Counted from the whole stretch's first letter, positions 49,438-59,709 are shown. The stretch is DNA of 63,565 nucleotides, filler included, from 3 parts of 3 records of this genome joined end to end with filler, not necessarily neighbours in it, one strand, 5' to 3'. A program made the numbers and translations. The notes: a model not told the origin generated them from the letters alone.

Positions 49438-50352
49438 TTATGGGTTTTTGTGGAAGCGTGATAAAAATTCTTTTCTGCCATTTACTCCCGTTTTCTTAAA
49501 GATGTTGGAGGCATGTTTAGATACAGTGCTCTCGGCGATATAAAGATCTTTGGCAATTTTTTTATAGGAAAGATTATTTAAAATCGATACTGCAATCTCG
49601 ACTTCCCTTCTGGTTAAATTCTGATAGATAATTTTTGTATTAATTGGATCATCTTTTTGCCCTTTATTAAATGCAAAAACTTCATATACAATATTTTTAT
49701 TTTTTAGGAAATATAGATATCTATTGATCTCAATGGCTGTTATTGCATAAAATGCCAGATTCATTACCGAAAATGTCAGCCATTGGTAATCCCCAATTAC
49801 GGTCAAAATAGGTAAGAGTACAATACAGCTAATACTTATTAGCGCCAATTTTTTTCGCTTTGAAAAGAATGTATTGGAATCCTTTAGGTTTGAAATCCTT
49901 CTATAAAACAGCCCGAGGAAGATAAATGCTATGATTGATATGGGAATAGTAAACAAGATTCTGGCAGAATTCAAGGAATTTGTTAGAAAATAGGGGATTA
50001 AAAATAACAGGATAAAACTGCTAATTACCAAAATGGCTATATTTATAAAAGACGCACGGAATTTCAAAAAAATAATATCATAATCTTTGAACAGGTAATA
50101 AATCATATATAGGCATAATGCAATGGCAACCCCATAAGTAATAATGTACTGGAGAATAAGTGGATCGGTTAAATTTTCAATAGGCAAAAATCCCCCGGTG
50201 GCATTGTAAGCGATGTACAGGAGGCCGAGAATTATATATCTGTGGAAACTAAGGTGCTTAAGATTAATGTTTGCAATGGTAGCAATAACTACAATAAAAG
50301 TATCTATCAGCAGGTAAAAAAAGGTGGTCCAATGTATTGAGGTGCCGAACAT
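49438..50352 (-). CDS. Membrane-anchored (about 7 TM) LuxR-family regulator
   Basis: Hydrophobic N-terminal 210 aa; LTRREVEI..YKKIAKDLYIAESTVSKHASNIFKK HTH. Confidence 0.9.
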   Translation of the reverse strand: MFGTSIHWTTFFYLLIDTFIVVIATIANINLKHLSFHRYIILGLLYIAYNATGGFLPIENLTDPLILQYIITYGVAIALCLYMIYYLFKDYDIIFLKFRASFINIAILVISSFILLFLIPYFLTNSLNSARILFTIPISIIAFIFLGLFYRRISNLKDSNTFFSKRKKLALISISCIVLLPILTVIGDYQWLTFSVMNLAFYAITAIEINRYLYFLKNKNIVYEVFAFNKGQKDDPINTKIIYQNLTRREVEIAVSILNNLSYKKIAKDLYIAESTVSKHASNIFKKTGVNGRKEFLSRFHKNP

Positions 50353-50354
50353 TT

Positions 50355-50846
50355 TTATTCATTTTTAGGCTCAAACTTGTTTGATTCCAGATTTTTGGTA
50401 ACATTGCTCCAATGAAAAATCCTGCCATTCATAACCACATAAACATCAGGTTTTAAAAATTGTAAAGCGCAGATTGCATAGCCTAAATTGAATGGAGCAT
50501 CGGTGTTTGCAGATGATCCTAAAATAAAGGAGCCGACAAGGACGATAGTCTTTTTAAGTTCTTCCTTTCCAAAATAAGTCGCGGTATCTTCCATAGTAAA
50601 AGTCCCATGGGTTATTAAAATTTTTTCTGCATTGGAAGCTTTTATTTTTTTTAACAAAAAATTCCTGTCTTCATCGGTAATTGATCGGCTATCCTTAGAA
50701 AATGCCCTTTCGATAATATAGGGAAACGAGACATTGGCCAGGTCAAGAAATTCTCTAATCGCTATTTCGCTTTGCTCTGTTTTATTTTCTTGGTTTTCAT
50801 AATCCAAGCCTTCAATGGTTCCTCCTGTTCTAATAATATGTATCAT
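50355..50846 (-). CDS. Short asparaginase-domain protein
   Basis: TGGTI and ITHGTFTM motifs; N-terminal domain only (163 aa). Confidence 0.85.
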   Translation of the reverse strand: MIHIIRTGGTIEGLDYENQENKTEQSEIAIREFLDLANVSFPYIIERAFSKDSRSITDEDRNFLLKKIKASNAEKILITHGTFTMEDTATYFGKEELKKTIVLVGSFILGSSANTDAPFNLGYAICALQFLKPDVYVVMNGRIFHWSNVTKNLESNKFEPKNE

Positions 50847-50866
50847 AATTTTATTTTTTATAGAAA

Positions 50867-51034
50867 TTAATGTTTATGGATATTCCCTTTTAACACAAAA
50901 TAATAAAGCAGAAATGAAGCAATAAACAGAAGAATAAGGACAATAATTGCCTTGACCTTTTCCTTTTTTGTGAATTGTTTTTTAGATGGGTTTTGATTTT
51001 TTTTCTTTCTTCTGTTTCTTCTACTTAGAGACAT
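50867..51034 (-). CDS. Small basic membrane protein (55 aa), not in ORF track
   Basis: MSLSRRNRRKKKNQNPSKKQFTKKEKVKAIIVLILLFIASFLLYYFVLKGNIHKH; co-oriented, 20 nt upstream of the asparaginase-like gene. Confidence 0.55.
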   Translation of the reverse strand: MSLSRRNRRKKKNQNPSKKQFTKKEKVKAIIVLILLFIASFLLYYFVLKGNIHKH

Positions 51035-51287
51035 CCTGTTGTACTATTTTTAATTTATTTTCTATAAACGGATTGCTTTGAGAACGGCCAAGAAAGCTAC
51101 GCCCACATTGGCAAATACGGTTTTAAAAAACCACCTAAGACTTAAAGCCGAATGGCAGAGTTATATTGTACCAAAAGCCACCTAGTTTTTCTGAAAAGAT
51201 CCACTTTTAGAAATTTGCTAATTTTTCAGAAAATAACTTTCCAGGGTATTAAAATCTAGTATATTTCATTAAAAGTTATCTCTACCA

Positions 51288-52109
51288 TTATTTTAAAATA
51301 AGTACAGGAACTTCTGATTTGAAAATCATTTTCCGTCTCAGCCCTAGTTCAGTTAGTTTTTCTATAAAGTCATGTTTCCTGTAAAGTAGCGCCAAAATAT
51401 CTATGGTATTATCTTTCAAAAAACCGGTTATTTTATCTTCAGTTTTCCCTTCGGAAAAAAGGTGAACAGAAATATTCTGCAGATTAAAAAACTCCTCATA
51501 ATAGTTTTCTATCTCCTGTTCTTTAATAACTTCATCTTTACTTTTAGCAAAATGAAATATAAAAAGGCGTGCGTTAAATGCCTTTAGTAGATCAGCCAGA
51601 ACCTTTAGTTCCCTATCAGGTTTCAGATTATCTGAATCCAGCGCCAGACAAATTCTTTTTAAACCAAAAGTTTCTAAATCTTCAGGTACAACCAGCACAG
51701 GGCAGGGTACATCCTTGCTCACTTTTTCACTGGTAGTTCCTGCAAGGTAACCTTCTACCTCACCTGCACCTTCTGTCCCCATAATTATCAAACTTGCTTT
51801 TTCTTCTGTTGCTAATTGATAAATTATATCTGAAGGTCTTCCTGGGGCTACCATACTCTTATATTTTATTGTCGCCAGACGTGGAAAATTTTCGAGAAAT
51901 TCCAGCATTTTTTCTTTGTACAATTTCTGATAAGAACTAAAGTTGTCGGGAACCGGATAAACTATAGCCCCATATCCGGCATATTGATAACCTTCAGAAT
52001 AGGCATGAACAAAGATAATTTCTGAATTTAAAGATTCGGCCACCTTTGTGGCATACTCAACTCCAATTTTGGAACTTTGACTAAAATCAATTGGAACTAT
52101 TATTTTCAT
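51288..52109 (-). CDS. Universal stress protein (two USP domains)
   Basis: IIVPIDFS, LIIMGT..GTTSEKV..CPVLVVP. Confidence 0.92.
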   Translation of the reverse strand: MKIIVPIDFSQSSKIGVEYATKVAESLNSEIIFVHAYSEGYQYAGYGAIVYPVPDNFSSYQKLYKEKMLEFLENFPRLATIKYKSMVAPGRPSDIIYQLATEEKASLIIMGTEGAGEVEGYLAGTTSEKVSKDVPCPVLVVPEDLETFGLKRICLALDSDNLKPDRELKVLADLLKAFNARLFIFHFAKSKDEVIKEQEIENYYEEFFNLQNISVHLFSEGKTEDKITGFLKDNTIDILALLYRKHDFIEKLTELGLRRKMIFKSEVPVLILK

Positions 52110-52165
52110 GGTTTTTTAATTTAATTATACATTCAGTTTTTTAATTAATTATTTAAATAAAAGGT

Positions 52166-52522
52166 TTATTGTTTAATCCACTTTTTGGCAATTTCCTTTT
52201 CCTCTAAGTCAAAATATTTTACTTCAGCATTGGTAAAAGGTTTCATGAACTTTGTAATCCAGTCCTGCCATTTTTTATCACCTACCATGGCGATTTTTTC
52301 ATAATCTTTTGCGTGGGCAGTATCCATTTTTAGATCTTCCCACAGGCCTGGAAAATCCCAGCCGGTAAAATTCTCCATTTCAAAATACCAGCGTACGTTT
52401 AATCCTTTGTCCAAAATAGCATGAATAATGGGATGTACCTTCTCAATATCCATTTCGGATAAATCTCCCGATGCTCTGGTTGCAATAATATTATCTCCTG
52501 AAATCTCTATAATTTGTAACAT
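52166..52522 (-). CDS. SpoIIAA-like (STAS/SEC14) protein
   Basis: FEMENFTGW..LWEDLK, KIAMVGDKKWQ, AKKWI. Confidence 0.85.
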   Translation of the reverse strand: MLQIIEISGDNIIATRASGDLSEMDIEKVHPIIHAILDKGLNVRWYFEMENFTGWDFPGLWEDLKMDTAHAKDYEKIAMVGDKKWQDWITKFMKPFTNAEVKYFDLEEKEIAKKWIKQ

Positions 52523-52540
52523 ATCTATTTTTATTAATTA

Positions 52541-52717
52541 TTAACCGCCTAAATCGTAAAACCATTCTTCAGCTTTCATAATTCCTTCTTTTATGGCATT
52601 TCCCTTAGTATAATTCTTTTCTATAACCAGACTTTTAGCAATTTCCAGGGCTTTTTCCTTCACTGCAGGATGGAGGCCATCCAAACTGGTTTTAAATTCT
52701 TCAAAGGTCCATTCCAT
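52541..52717 (-). CDS. Small helical protein (58 aa), not in ORF track
   Basis: MEWTFEEFKTSLDGLHPAVKEKALEIAKSLVIEKNYTKGNAIKEGIMKAEEWFYDLGG; fills the gap between co-oriented genes. Confidence 0.75.
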   Translation of the reverse strand: MEWTFEEFKTSLDGLHPAVKEKALEIAKSLVIEKNYTKGNAIKEGIMKAEEWFYDLGG

Positions 52718-52726
52718 AGCTTCATT

Positions 52727-54043
52727 TTAATGGTTGAACAGTTCTTTTTCTTTTTCGGGATCCATCTCATTCTTTGACTTTTTGTCCAAAAAATAATCCA
52801 GCACGATGCCCACTATAATTGCTCCCACAAAAGCAACATACACCTGCCAGTTAAACTGAACTACCAGAGACAGGCTAATAATTATGGCCAAAATGGGTAG
52901 GATAGGTACTTTCCCTATGGAAAGGGGAACTTTAAAAGGTCTTTCTTTGTCAGGTGCTTTATAACGCAAAACGATGAGTGCAATATTCACAGCTACAAAA
53001 ACGAGTAACGCCCCTAAAGAGGACATTCCTGCGACAATTTTAATATCTCCCAATAACAAAAATGCCGCTACCGCAGCCATAACCACCAGTGTAGTTACCC
53101 AGGGTACTTTCTGTGCATTGGTCTTGGTCATAAATTTTGGAAGCTCGCCCACGCTTGCCATACCGAAAAGCAACCTGCTAATGGAAATAATGCCACTAAA
53201 AGCCGCATTAGCCGTAGCAAAAAGTGCCGCAACTGCCAGGGCTACGGGCAACCAGGAATTTAAATTTGAAGCGGCCAGCGACAATGGGGAATTTACCTTT
53301 GCTATTTCTGCGGGGTCACTTATATTGAGTACCGTAAAAGATATTAGTAGGTATATAATTGTGGTAAACACCATTGTCAATAAAAATGCCCTCGGAATCG
53401 TCTTGCCCGGATTTTTTACCTCGGAACCCAATGCTGCCATATGCTCAAAGCCGGTATAAACAAAAAATAAGGTAGCAGTCGCTGCCAGGGTGCCGGAAAA
53501 GGACTCCACTTTAAAAAATTCTGATTTTGGTGGTCCTGTTTCCAAAAGTCCGACCGCAATAAGAATAAACAATCCCAATAGCTGAATACTGACCATAATG
53601 ATATTGGCGGTAGATGATTTTTTGATGCCCGTAATGCTTATCAATGCAAGAATCAGTAGCACAGCATAGCTAACCAGTAAGGAAGGGATGTTAAAAAACG
53701 TATTGAAATACCCTGAAAAAGCAAGTAGCACCGCGGCGATGGTGGCCGAACTGTGAAATGCAATCGTCCAACCTGTTAGAAAAGATGGAATGTCGATTTT
53801 TGGAAAAGCTTTCCGTACAAAAATGAATTCTGCACCGGCATTAGGATAGGTAGAGGACAGCTCTGCATACGACATTGCCGAGACACTGGCCGCAATGGCG
53901 GCAAAAATAAAACTCAACCAAAGGTCTGTTCCCGCCTGTCCAGCGGCTGCACCAATTACAGTATATATTCCAGCACCAACAATGGTACCTACACCATAAA
54001 AAGTAAGGCGAAGAGTACCCAGAGATTTTTTTAATTCTGCCAT
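52727..54043 (-). CDS. APC-family amino acid permease
   Basis: GTIVGAGIY, YAELSSTYP.AG, GFE, EVKNPGKTIPRA. Confidence 0.92.
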   Translation of the reverse strand: MAELKKSLGTLRLTFYGVGTIVGAGIYTVIGAAAGQAGTDLWLSFIFAAIAASVSAMSYAELSSTYPNAGAEFIFVRKAFPKIDIPSFLTGWTIAFHSSATIAAVLLAFSGYFNTFFNIPSLLVSYAVLLILALISITGIKKSSTANIIMVSIQLLGLFILIAVGLLETGPPKSEFFKVESFSGTLAATATLFFVYTGFEHMAALGSEVKNPGKTIPRAFLLTMVFTTIIYLLISFTVLNISDPAEIAKVNSPLSLAASNLNSWLPVALAVAALFATANAAFSGIISISRLLFGMASVGELPKFMTKTNAQKVPWVTTLVVMAAVAAFLLLGDIKIVAGMSSLGALLVFVAVNIALIVLRYKAPDKERPFKVPLSIGKVPILPILAIIISLSLVVQFNWQVYVAFVGAIIVGIVLDYFLDKKSKNEMDPEKEKELFNH

Positions 54044-54061
54044 AATACTATTAGTAATATA

Positions 54062-54247
54062 TTATCCATTTCTATCTAAATTCCTTTTTTCCATCTCTGC
54101 CTTTACGATGCCACGCTCAATAGCCTCTTCTTTTGAACAATTTTTGTTCAAATAGAAATCCGTCGCATATTTTAATGCTACTGCTCTAATATTTTCATCC
54201 AGCACATTTAGCCTCTCCTGGTAATCCTTAAATAAGTCCTCCTTCAT
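54062..54247 (-). CDS. Small helical protein (61 aa), resembles 52541-52717
   Basis: LDENIRAVALKYA..SKEEAIERGIVKAE. Confidence 0.7.
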   Translation of the reverse strand: MKEDLFKDYQERLNVLDENIRAVALKYATDFYLNKNCSKEEAIERGIVKAEMEKRNLDRNG

Positions 54248-54250
54248 TTT

Positions 54251-55249
54251 TTAAAATAGTTTTAGAACAAAAAACACCATAGTTAAGAGATATACAATAT
54301 ACGCTGCATCGAAAACGAATATCTGCCATCTGCTGAACCCGTGAAGTTCCTTGCTTTGATGAACAAATACCGAATATAAAAGCGGCATCAAGCCCACAAA
54401 CGCGAGATTGACCCAAAACAACTGGAAATCTTCGATAGGGGTAGTAACCAGCGCCAACGGGAAAAATGCCACCGTCATGGTAACAGCATTATCGGCAATC
54501 ACACTGGTGGTGCCCGCGGTCACTTCACCTCCTTTTACCACACTCCAGGTTTTAAATACTTCTGGGGCAGTCGTCATTATTCCGGTAATAAACAGCCCTC
54601 CAACAATTTCGGAAATGTTCAACACCGAAACAATATTTTCCGTAGCCTTAACAATAAAAAAAGCACCCACGGCTATAGCCATAGCTCCGGCCACTGATAA
54701 CCACACTTTCTTCTTATCCCACTCCACACTTTCCCCTTTTTTCCTGCCTTTTATAATGGCATGCATTAAAAAAGCCGCATAGGCCGCCAGCATAATCCAC
54801 CCATCAATGGGTTGTAACCCACGCCAGGCTTTTGGAAGGGTTAGTATAGCTACCAAAGCAATGATTGCCAGATAGGGGATGGACAATACCGAGACAGAAC
54901 GTTTGTTCAGGGCCAGCAGGTTGGTATCCAAATGTTTTTGATGTTCCTTATTGTTTTTAAACTGCCTTCTGGAAGCGAAATAGGCGATGGTTACCATGAG
55001 TGGGATGGAAATTATATTGGAACCAAGCAAATTTCCTAATCCGATATCAGATACACCACGGGCAGCACTTGTAATATTTATCGCCACTTCCGGGCTCGCC
55101 GTTACAATAGCTAGGAAAGCTGCTCCTGCAGAAGCTGTAAGCCCCCATTGCTTACGCAGCATTTTTAAAGGGGTAAGGAGTTGGTCCGCGCCCCAATGAG
55201 CAGCCCAAGCTGCCAATCCCAATACTACTACCCAGAGCCAAACGTTCAT
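54251..55249 (-). CDS. Sodium:calcium exchanger (CaCA family)
   Basis: Alpha repeats TASPE..GNLLGSNI and TTAPE. Confidence 0.88.
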   Translation of the reverse strand: MNVWLWVVVLGLAAWAAHWGADQLLTPLKMLRKQWGLTASAGAAFLAIVTASPEVAINITSAARGVSDIGLGNLLGSNIISIPLMVTIAYFASRRQFKNNKEHQKHLDTNLLALNKRSVSVLSIPYLAIIALVAILTLPKAWRGLQPIDGWIMLAAYAAFLMHAIIKGRKKGESVEWDKKKVWLSVAGAMAIAVGAFFIVKATENIVSVLNISEIVGGLFITGIMTTAPEVFKTWSVVKGGEVTAGTTSVIADNAVTMTVAFFPLALVTTPIEDFQLFWVNLAFVGLMPLLYSVFVHQSKELHGFSRWQIFVFDAAYIVYLLTMVFFVLKLF

Positions 55250-55260
55250 AACTAATCGAT

Positions 55261-55968
55261 TTATATAATTGTCCTGTTACTTTCAGTATATTTCAACTTT
55301 TTCTTATCCGATATTTTCTGGTCTTTTTTTTGTTGGCTTTGAAAGATCAGGAGTAAAATCACTCCCGTGCTAATCCAAACATCTGCGGTATTGAATACAG
55401 GATCGAAAAAAGTAAATTCATTGCCTCCCCATAATAGCATCCATTCCGGAAGCCTTGTTTCAATAATTGGAAAGAACCACATATCCACCACATTGCCATT
55501 TAAAAATCCGGCATAACCACCGCCTGAGGAGAATATTTCTGCAATATTGCGAAGTGTGGGATCACTTTTTTCAAAAATCAGTCCGTAAAATGCACCGTCA
55601 ATCAAATTGCCCAATGCACCTGCGTATATAGATGCGGCACAGATTATAAAGACTTTTGCATATCCTTCACGTATCATCTTTTTGATATAAAAGGTCCCCC
55701 AAATAACGGCTACGAAGCGAAATAGTATTAAAACAAATTTGGCCAGATAACCTTCGCCAAATTTAAAGCCCCAGGCCATGCCGGCATTCTCCAAAAAATG
55801 TAAGCGAAACCAATCCAGGCCAAACACAAAATATTCCTCGCCATAATAAAAATGGGTCTTCACATAAATCTTTATGGCCTGGTCTATTACCAACAACAGT
55901 AAAATTAATAATGCTACACTACTTTTATTCATAATTTCCTTATTGTTGCCCAACGTCTTGTGCAACAT
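55261..55968 (-). CDS. lspA: Lipoprotein signal peptidase II (accessory copy)
   Basis: DQAIK, ENAGMAWG, GALGNLID, VVDM, FNTAD. Confidence 0.9.
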   Translation of the reverse strand: MLHKTLGNNKEIMNKSSVALLILLLLVIDQAIKIYVKTHFYYGEEYFVFGLDWFRLHFLENAGMAWGFKFGEGYLAKFVLILFRFVAVIWGTFYIKKMIREGYAKVFIICAASIYAGALGNLIDGAFYGLIFEKSDPTLRNIAEIFSSGGGYAGFLNGNVVDMWFFPIIETRLPEWMLLWGGNEFTFFDPVFNTADVWISTGVILLLIFQSQQKKDQKISDKKKLKYTESNRTII

Positions 55969-55977
55969 ATATTTGCA

Positions 55978-56778
55978 TTATTTAGATAATTTTAAAATTC
56001 TTATGGCGCCCCGCATTACAAACGTGAAAACGATGCCGCCAATTACCAAATCGGGCCATTTGCTATTCAGAAAATAGACCAGCACCCCGGCCAGTATCAC
56101 CCCGCCGTTTACGATGATATCATTGGACGTAAAAATAGCACTGGCCTGCATATGCGCCTCCTTACTTTTGGCCTTATTTATCAACCAGAGCGAAATAAGG
56201 TTCCCCAGTAAGGCTAAAATGGAAACTATGATCATCCATTCGAACATTGGTGTTTCACTACTTGTAAAAAACCTTCTTAATACCTCTGCAAAACCAAGTG
56301 TTGCCAATGCAATTTGAAAGTAGCCGCTGAATTTTGCCACCTTCTTTTTTCTGGAAATGGCACCACCTACTGCAAATAAACTTAGCGCATATACTATCGA
56401 ATCTGCCAGCATATCCAAAGAATCTGCAATTAGGCCCATAGAAGAAGAAATCCACCCCGTGGTCATTTCGATAATGAAAAAGCCGAAATTTATCCCCAGG
56501 ACCCACCAAAGGATTGTTTTCTGTTTGGATTGGTCTTCTATTACGGGAGGCTCGGCTTCTTCGGTCCCCATAAATTTATCACCTAATTTTAATTCTGAAA
56601 TCGAGGCTTTGATTTCCTCATTCCCTTCAAGGTGATATACTTCAAGTTTTCGATTGGGAATATCAAAATCCAAATATTTCACTTGAGCATAAGATTCCAA
56701 TTTCATCCGGATCATCTGTTCTTCTGAAGGACAGTCCATTTGACTTACTATAAAGGTACTTTTGTTTATTTCCCCCAT
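55978..56778 (-). CDS. CDF-like cation transporter with N-terminal HMA-like domain
   Basis: MDCPSEE; IADSLDMLAD; FTSNDII. Confidence 0.88.
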   Translation of the reverse strand: MGEINKSTFIVSQMDCPSEEQMIRMKLESYAQVKYLDFDIPNRKLEVYHLEGNEEIKASISELKLGDKFMGTEEAEPPVIEDQSKQKTILWWVLGINFGFFIIEMTTGWISSSMGLIADSLDMLADSIVYALSLFAVGGAISRKKKVAKFSGYFQIALATLGFAEVLRRFFTSSETPMFEWMIIVSILALLGNLISLWLINKAKSKEAHMQASAIFTSNDIIVNGGVILAGVLVYFLNSKWPDLVIGGIVFTFVMRGAIRILKLSK

Positions 56779-56779
56779 A

Positions 56780-58129
56780 TCACTTAACTATATTTTTCCT
56801 TCCTTTATTGGAAGTTAATAAGAGAATTACCGCACCGCCAATAGCTGCAAGTAATGAAGCTATCAAAATGCTTATTTTCGAAATTTTAATCAATTCCTGA
56901 TCATTAAATGCGAGATTGGTAATAAAAAGGGACATGGTAAAGCCAATTCCCGCAATCATACCAATTCCAATTATATGTTTCCAGTTTAGTGTAATATGTA
57001 ATTCGGAAACTCCAAGCTTTTGCCCGATCAATGTAAAAATACCAATCCCTGTTACTTTCCCAATAGCTAATCCCAAAAGGATCCCCAGCCCTAAAGAACC
57101 GGAAACAACCTCAATTAAATTTACATCGAGCTTTACTCCCGCATTCGCGACTGCAAAAATTGGAATGATAAAGAAAGCATTGAAATCAACAAGGGAATTT
57201 TCCAGTTTGAGCAAAGGAGGCCTTGAATTCTCAGTATCTGTTTTAATAGCTTTTAAAATTATTTGTTGTTTTTTATCCTGAAGAGGATTTAATTTTTCCA
57301 GCTCTGTTTTCTCAAGATTAGTAACGTTTGTAGCAGTCCTTTCTTTTAATATTTTACTGTCTAATTTGGGCACTATTGGAATGGTAATGGCAAAAAGTAC
57401 CCCCGCAATAGTTGGATGGATCCCTGAATTAAGGAAGCAATACCATAAGATGATCCCTATAATAATATACCAAATCAAATTTTTGACCCCAGTCCAATTC
57501 ATTAATAATAATACCCCAAATACACCCATACCCGATCCAAGGTATATCCAGCTCAACTCGTTGCTATAAAACAATGCTATCACCAATATGGCACCTATAT
57601 CGTCAGCAATAGCGAGGGCTATTAAAAATGTTTTTAACTGCCTGGGAACATTTTCCCCCAGTAGGCCAATGATCCCTAGTGAATATGCGATATCGGTAGC
57701 CATAGGGATGCCCCAACCCTTTATATTTTCAGTGTCTAAATTTAGGCTGATAAAAATGAGGGCCGGAACTGCCATGCCACCTAAAGCTGCCAACAATGGG
57801 GCTGAGGCTTTTTTAATTGAAGATAATTCCCCCACCATAACCTCCCTCTTCAATTCAAGCCCGGCAACCAAAAAGAAAATTGCCATTAGGCCATCATTGA
57901 TCCACTCTTCAATTGTTAGCCCAAAACTAAGATGCTCGGAAAATTCAAAAAGCAATTCATCGCCAAGAAAATGATGATAGGCTCCTGCCCAATTTGAATT
58001 AGCTAAAAGAAGGGCTACTATAGTAGCAATTATTTAAAAAATCCCCCCAGCTGTTTCCCTGTCGAGGAACTTTGTTGCCGTTGCCCTAATATACCCAATA
58101 GTGGATTGATTTCGAACTGATTGCCCCAT
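56780..58129 (-). pseudogene. nhaA: Na+/H+ antiporter NhaA interrupted by an in-frame TAA at codon 32
   Basis: MGQ..ETAGGIF*IIATIVALLLANS is in frame with WINDGLM..ATDIAY..AIADDIG; stop at 58034-58036. Confidence 0.85.
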
Positions 58130-58226
58130 TTTATCTTACTTATTTTTTGAGTTAATTACCTAAACTTTAATATTTTCAAAAAGCCCGGCAACGCCTTATT
58201 TTTGAGAACTTGCTGTTAGGCCAACA

Positions 58227-59636
58227 TTAAATATGTAGCGCCCTGTCTTCGGTGGCTGCCAGACACGCCTCCTTAAAGGTCTCGGAAAATGTGGGGTGCC
58301 CGTGTGACATTCTTGCAATGTCTTCGGCAGCTGCCCTAAATTCCATCGCTACCACCGCTTCGGTGTAGCTGTCTGCAATGCGAGGGCCTATCATATGCAC
58401 GCCCAGTATCTCATCGGTCTGCTTATCTGCGATTACCTTGATAAAACCGTCGGTGTCCATACTTATTTTCGCCCTCGCATTTGCCTTGAAAGGAAAGGAG
58501 CCTGTTTTAATACTTCTTCCTGCTTCTTTCAATTCTTCTTCGGTTGATCCTACCCCGGCCACTTCGGGCTGGGTATAAATGATATTGGGGATAAGGGAAT
58601 AATTGATATGTGGCTTTTGACCTGCTATCCTTTCGGCTACAAAAACGCCTTCCTCACTGGCTTTATGGGCAAGCATTGCCCCTCGGATTACATCCCCAAT
58701 GGCATACACACCCTTGACGTTGGTTTCAAGGTTTTTATCTACCGTTATCTGTCCTTTCTCATTGGTTTCCACGCCAATGTTTTCAAGGCCTAAGTTGGTG
58801 GTGTACGGTTTCCGGCCAATGGCCATAAGACAGTAATCGCCATCTAAACTCATTTCTTCTTTATCGGAAAGGTTTTCCGCTTTCAATTCTACTTTGTTAT
58901 CTGTTGCTGTTGCATCGGTTACCTTATGTTGTAAATAAAATTCAATTCCCTGTTTTCTTAGGGAACGGTGCAATTGATGTCCCAGTGCGCCGTCCATAGT
59001 GGCGATAAGGCTATCAAAATATTCTACTATGGAAACCTTTGAACCCAAGCGGGCGAATACGGAACCTATCTCCACACCGATAACGCCACCCCCAACGACC
59101 ATTAAGTGCTTAGGGATTTCCTGTAGGGCAAGGGCTTCGGTAGAAGGGATGATACGCTTTTTGTCTATTTTAATATTGGGCAATGAAGCGGGTTTGGACC
59201 CCGTGGCAATAATGATTTTATCGGTTGTTATGGTTTCCGTTTTATCTTCGCCCTTAATTTCAATCGTGTTTTTCTCCTTGATGGTGCCATGACCTTCATA
59301 AACGGAGACCTTGTTTTTTTTCATCAGATAATCAACGCCATTGATGATTTCCTGTACCACATCCTGAACCCTTTGGTTCATTTTCAGAATATCGACATTG
59401 GCCTCTTTAACATCAATCCCAAAATTTTCGAATTGATGTTTGACTTTGTAATAATGCTCAGAGGCTTCCAACCAGGCTTTTGACGGGATACAGCCCACGT
59501 TTAGACAGGTACCGCCCAACGTGCTGTACCTTTCAATAATGGCTGTTTTTAATCCCAATTGGGCGCAACGGATGGCACTTACATACCCGCCCGGGCCAGA
59601 CCCTATAATAGTTACATCAAATTTTTCCATATTCAT
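58227..59636 (-). CDS. lpdA: Dihydrolipoamide dehydrogenase
   Basis: GSGPGGY, GGTCLNVGCIPSK, MLAHKA, HPTFSE. Confidence 0.92.
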   Translation of the reverse strand: MNMEKFDVTIIGSGPGGYVSAIRCAQLGLKTAIIERYSTLGGTCLNVGCIPSKAWLEASEHYYKVKHQFENFGIDVKEANVDILKMNQRVQDVVQEIINGVDYLMKKNKVSVYEGHGTIKEKNTIEIKGEDKTETITTDKIIIATGSKPASLPNIKIDKKRIIPSTEALALQEIPKHLMVVGGGVIGVEIGSVFARLGSKVSIVEYFDSLIATMDGALGHQLHRSLRKQGIEFYLQHKVTDATATDNKVELKAENLSDKEEMSLDGDYCLMAIGRKPYTTNLGLENIGVETNEKGQITVDKNLETNVKGVYAIGDVIRGAMLAHKASEEGVFVAERIAGQKPHINYSLIPNIIYTQPEVAGVGSTEEELKEAGRSIKTGSFPFKANARAKISMDTDGFIKVIADKQTDEILGVHMIGPRIADSYTEAVVAMEFRAAAEDIARMSHGHPTFSETFKEACLAATEDRALHI

Positions 59637-59667
59637 ATTTTTTTTAAGGTAGTTACGGTGGAAAAAA

Positions 59668-59709
59668 CCTTAAGCTTGACCATTGGGGGCTGGGATTCAG
59701 GCTTAAGGT
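59668..59709. terminator. Hairpin between the Fur-like gene and lpdA
   Basis: ccttaagcttga...tcaggcttaagg inverted repeat. Confidence 0.35.

Noticed and set aside
51125-51210. Repeated ccacct/ccactt hexamers as regulator sites
   Set aside because: Short, irregularly spaced and not distinguishable from chance.
58227-59636. Mercuric reductase MerA
   Set aside because: No C-terminal Cys-Cys pair or HMA domain; it has the LpdA HPTxSE motif.
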